Shown here piece by piece: positions 63,650-64,000 of a DNA stretch of 64,000 nucleotides (positions within the stretch are counted from its first letter, which is position 1; the number at the start of each line of letters is the position of its first letter). Both the position numbers and the translations under genes were made by a program. The notes beneath the pieces were generated by a model, which made no database searches, had not been told where the DNA came from, and saw nothing but the letters and a program-made list of their open reading frames with translations. This DNA is from the human T2T-CHM13v2.0 reference genome, Homo sapiens, in assembly GCF_009914755.1 (NCBI RefSeq), contig NC_060944.1; one strand, 5' to 3'.

Positions 63650-64000
63650 GTTAATACAGTTATATAACGAATCACCCCCAAAACTTAGAGTAAGCTGAAA
63701 ACAACCACTTCTTACGCTCATGAGCATAGCAGAGATAACTTAATCATCCTGTTCACAAGGTTTGGAGCTCAGCAGGAAGATTCAACAGCTGGAAGCTGGG
63801 ACCATCTGAAGATTCACTCACTTGTCTGTCTAGTGATTGATCTCAACTGTCAGCTAAAATCTTAGCTGGGACAACTTCCTAAAACACTTGTTCATGGCCA
63901 CCTTTATGTGGCCTGGGCTTCCTCAAAGCATGGCGGCCAGCTTCCAAAATGAGCTTCTCCTGGAAAAAGGGAGACACTGTATTCTCAGGCTTAGACATTC
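63650..64000 (-). mobile_element. Old MLT1 (G/H/J-like) LTR, runs off the window
   Basis: aacgaatcacccccaaaacttag...atgtggcctgggcttcctcaaagcatggcggcc. Confidence 0.7.

Overview
Primate (very probably human or great ape) genomic DNA from inside MACROD2, the mono-ADP-ribosylhydrolase gene, transcribed on the + strand. Two coding exons are present. 40319-40400 encodes VDRIIFCVFLEVDFKIYKKKMNEFFSV, the end of the macrodomain. 63360-63407 encodes DDNNEEEEDVEMKEDS, the start of the acidic tail. They splice in frame across a 22,959-bp intron. From memory these are exons 9 and 10, so the rest of the window is intronic (mostly introns 8 and 9). The introns hold many Alu, L1, L2, MIR, MaLR/ERV LTR and DNA-transposon relics plus microsatellites. 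Repeat subfamily names and boundaries were called by eye and are approximate. None of the supplied ORFs is a credible gene; two are L1 ORF2 remnants. The most unusual signal is a ~650-nt segment at ~1165-1820 that I could not assign to any repeat. On the sense strand it folds by eye into about nine abutting hairpins, including a ~280-nt multibranch domain closed by a 16-bp helix that has an alternative pairing partner. It is a candidate large structured intronic RNA element, although an ancient palindromic transposon relic is not excluded. Smaller hairpin clusters, a UG-repeat-flanked cryptic exon candidate and several template-switch or retrotransposition scars are also reported. No folding, alignment or database search could be run.
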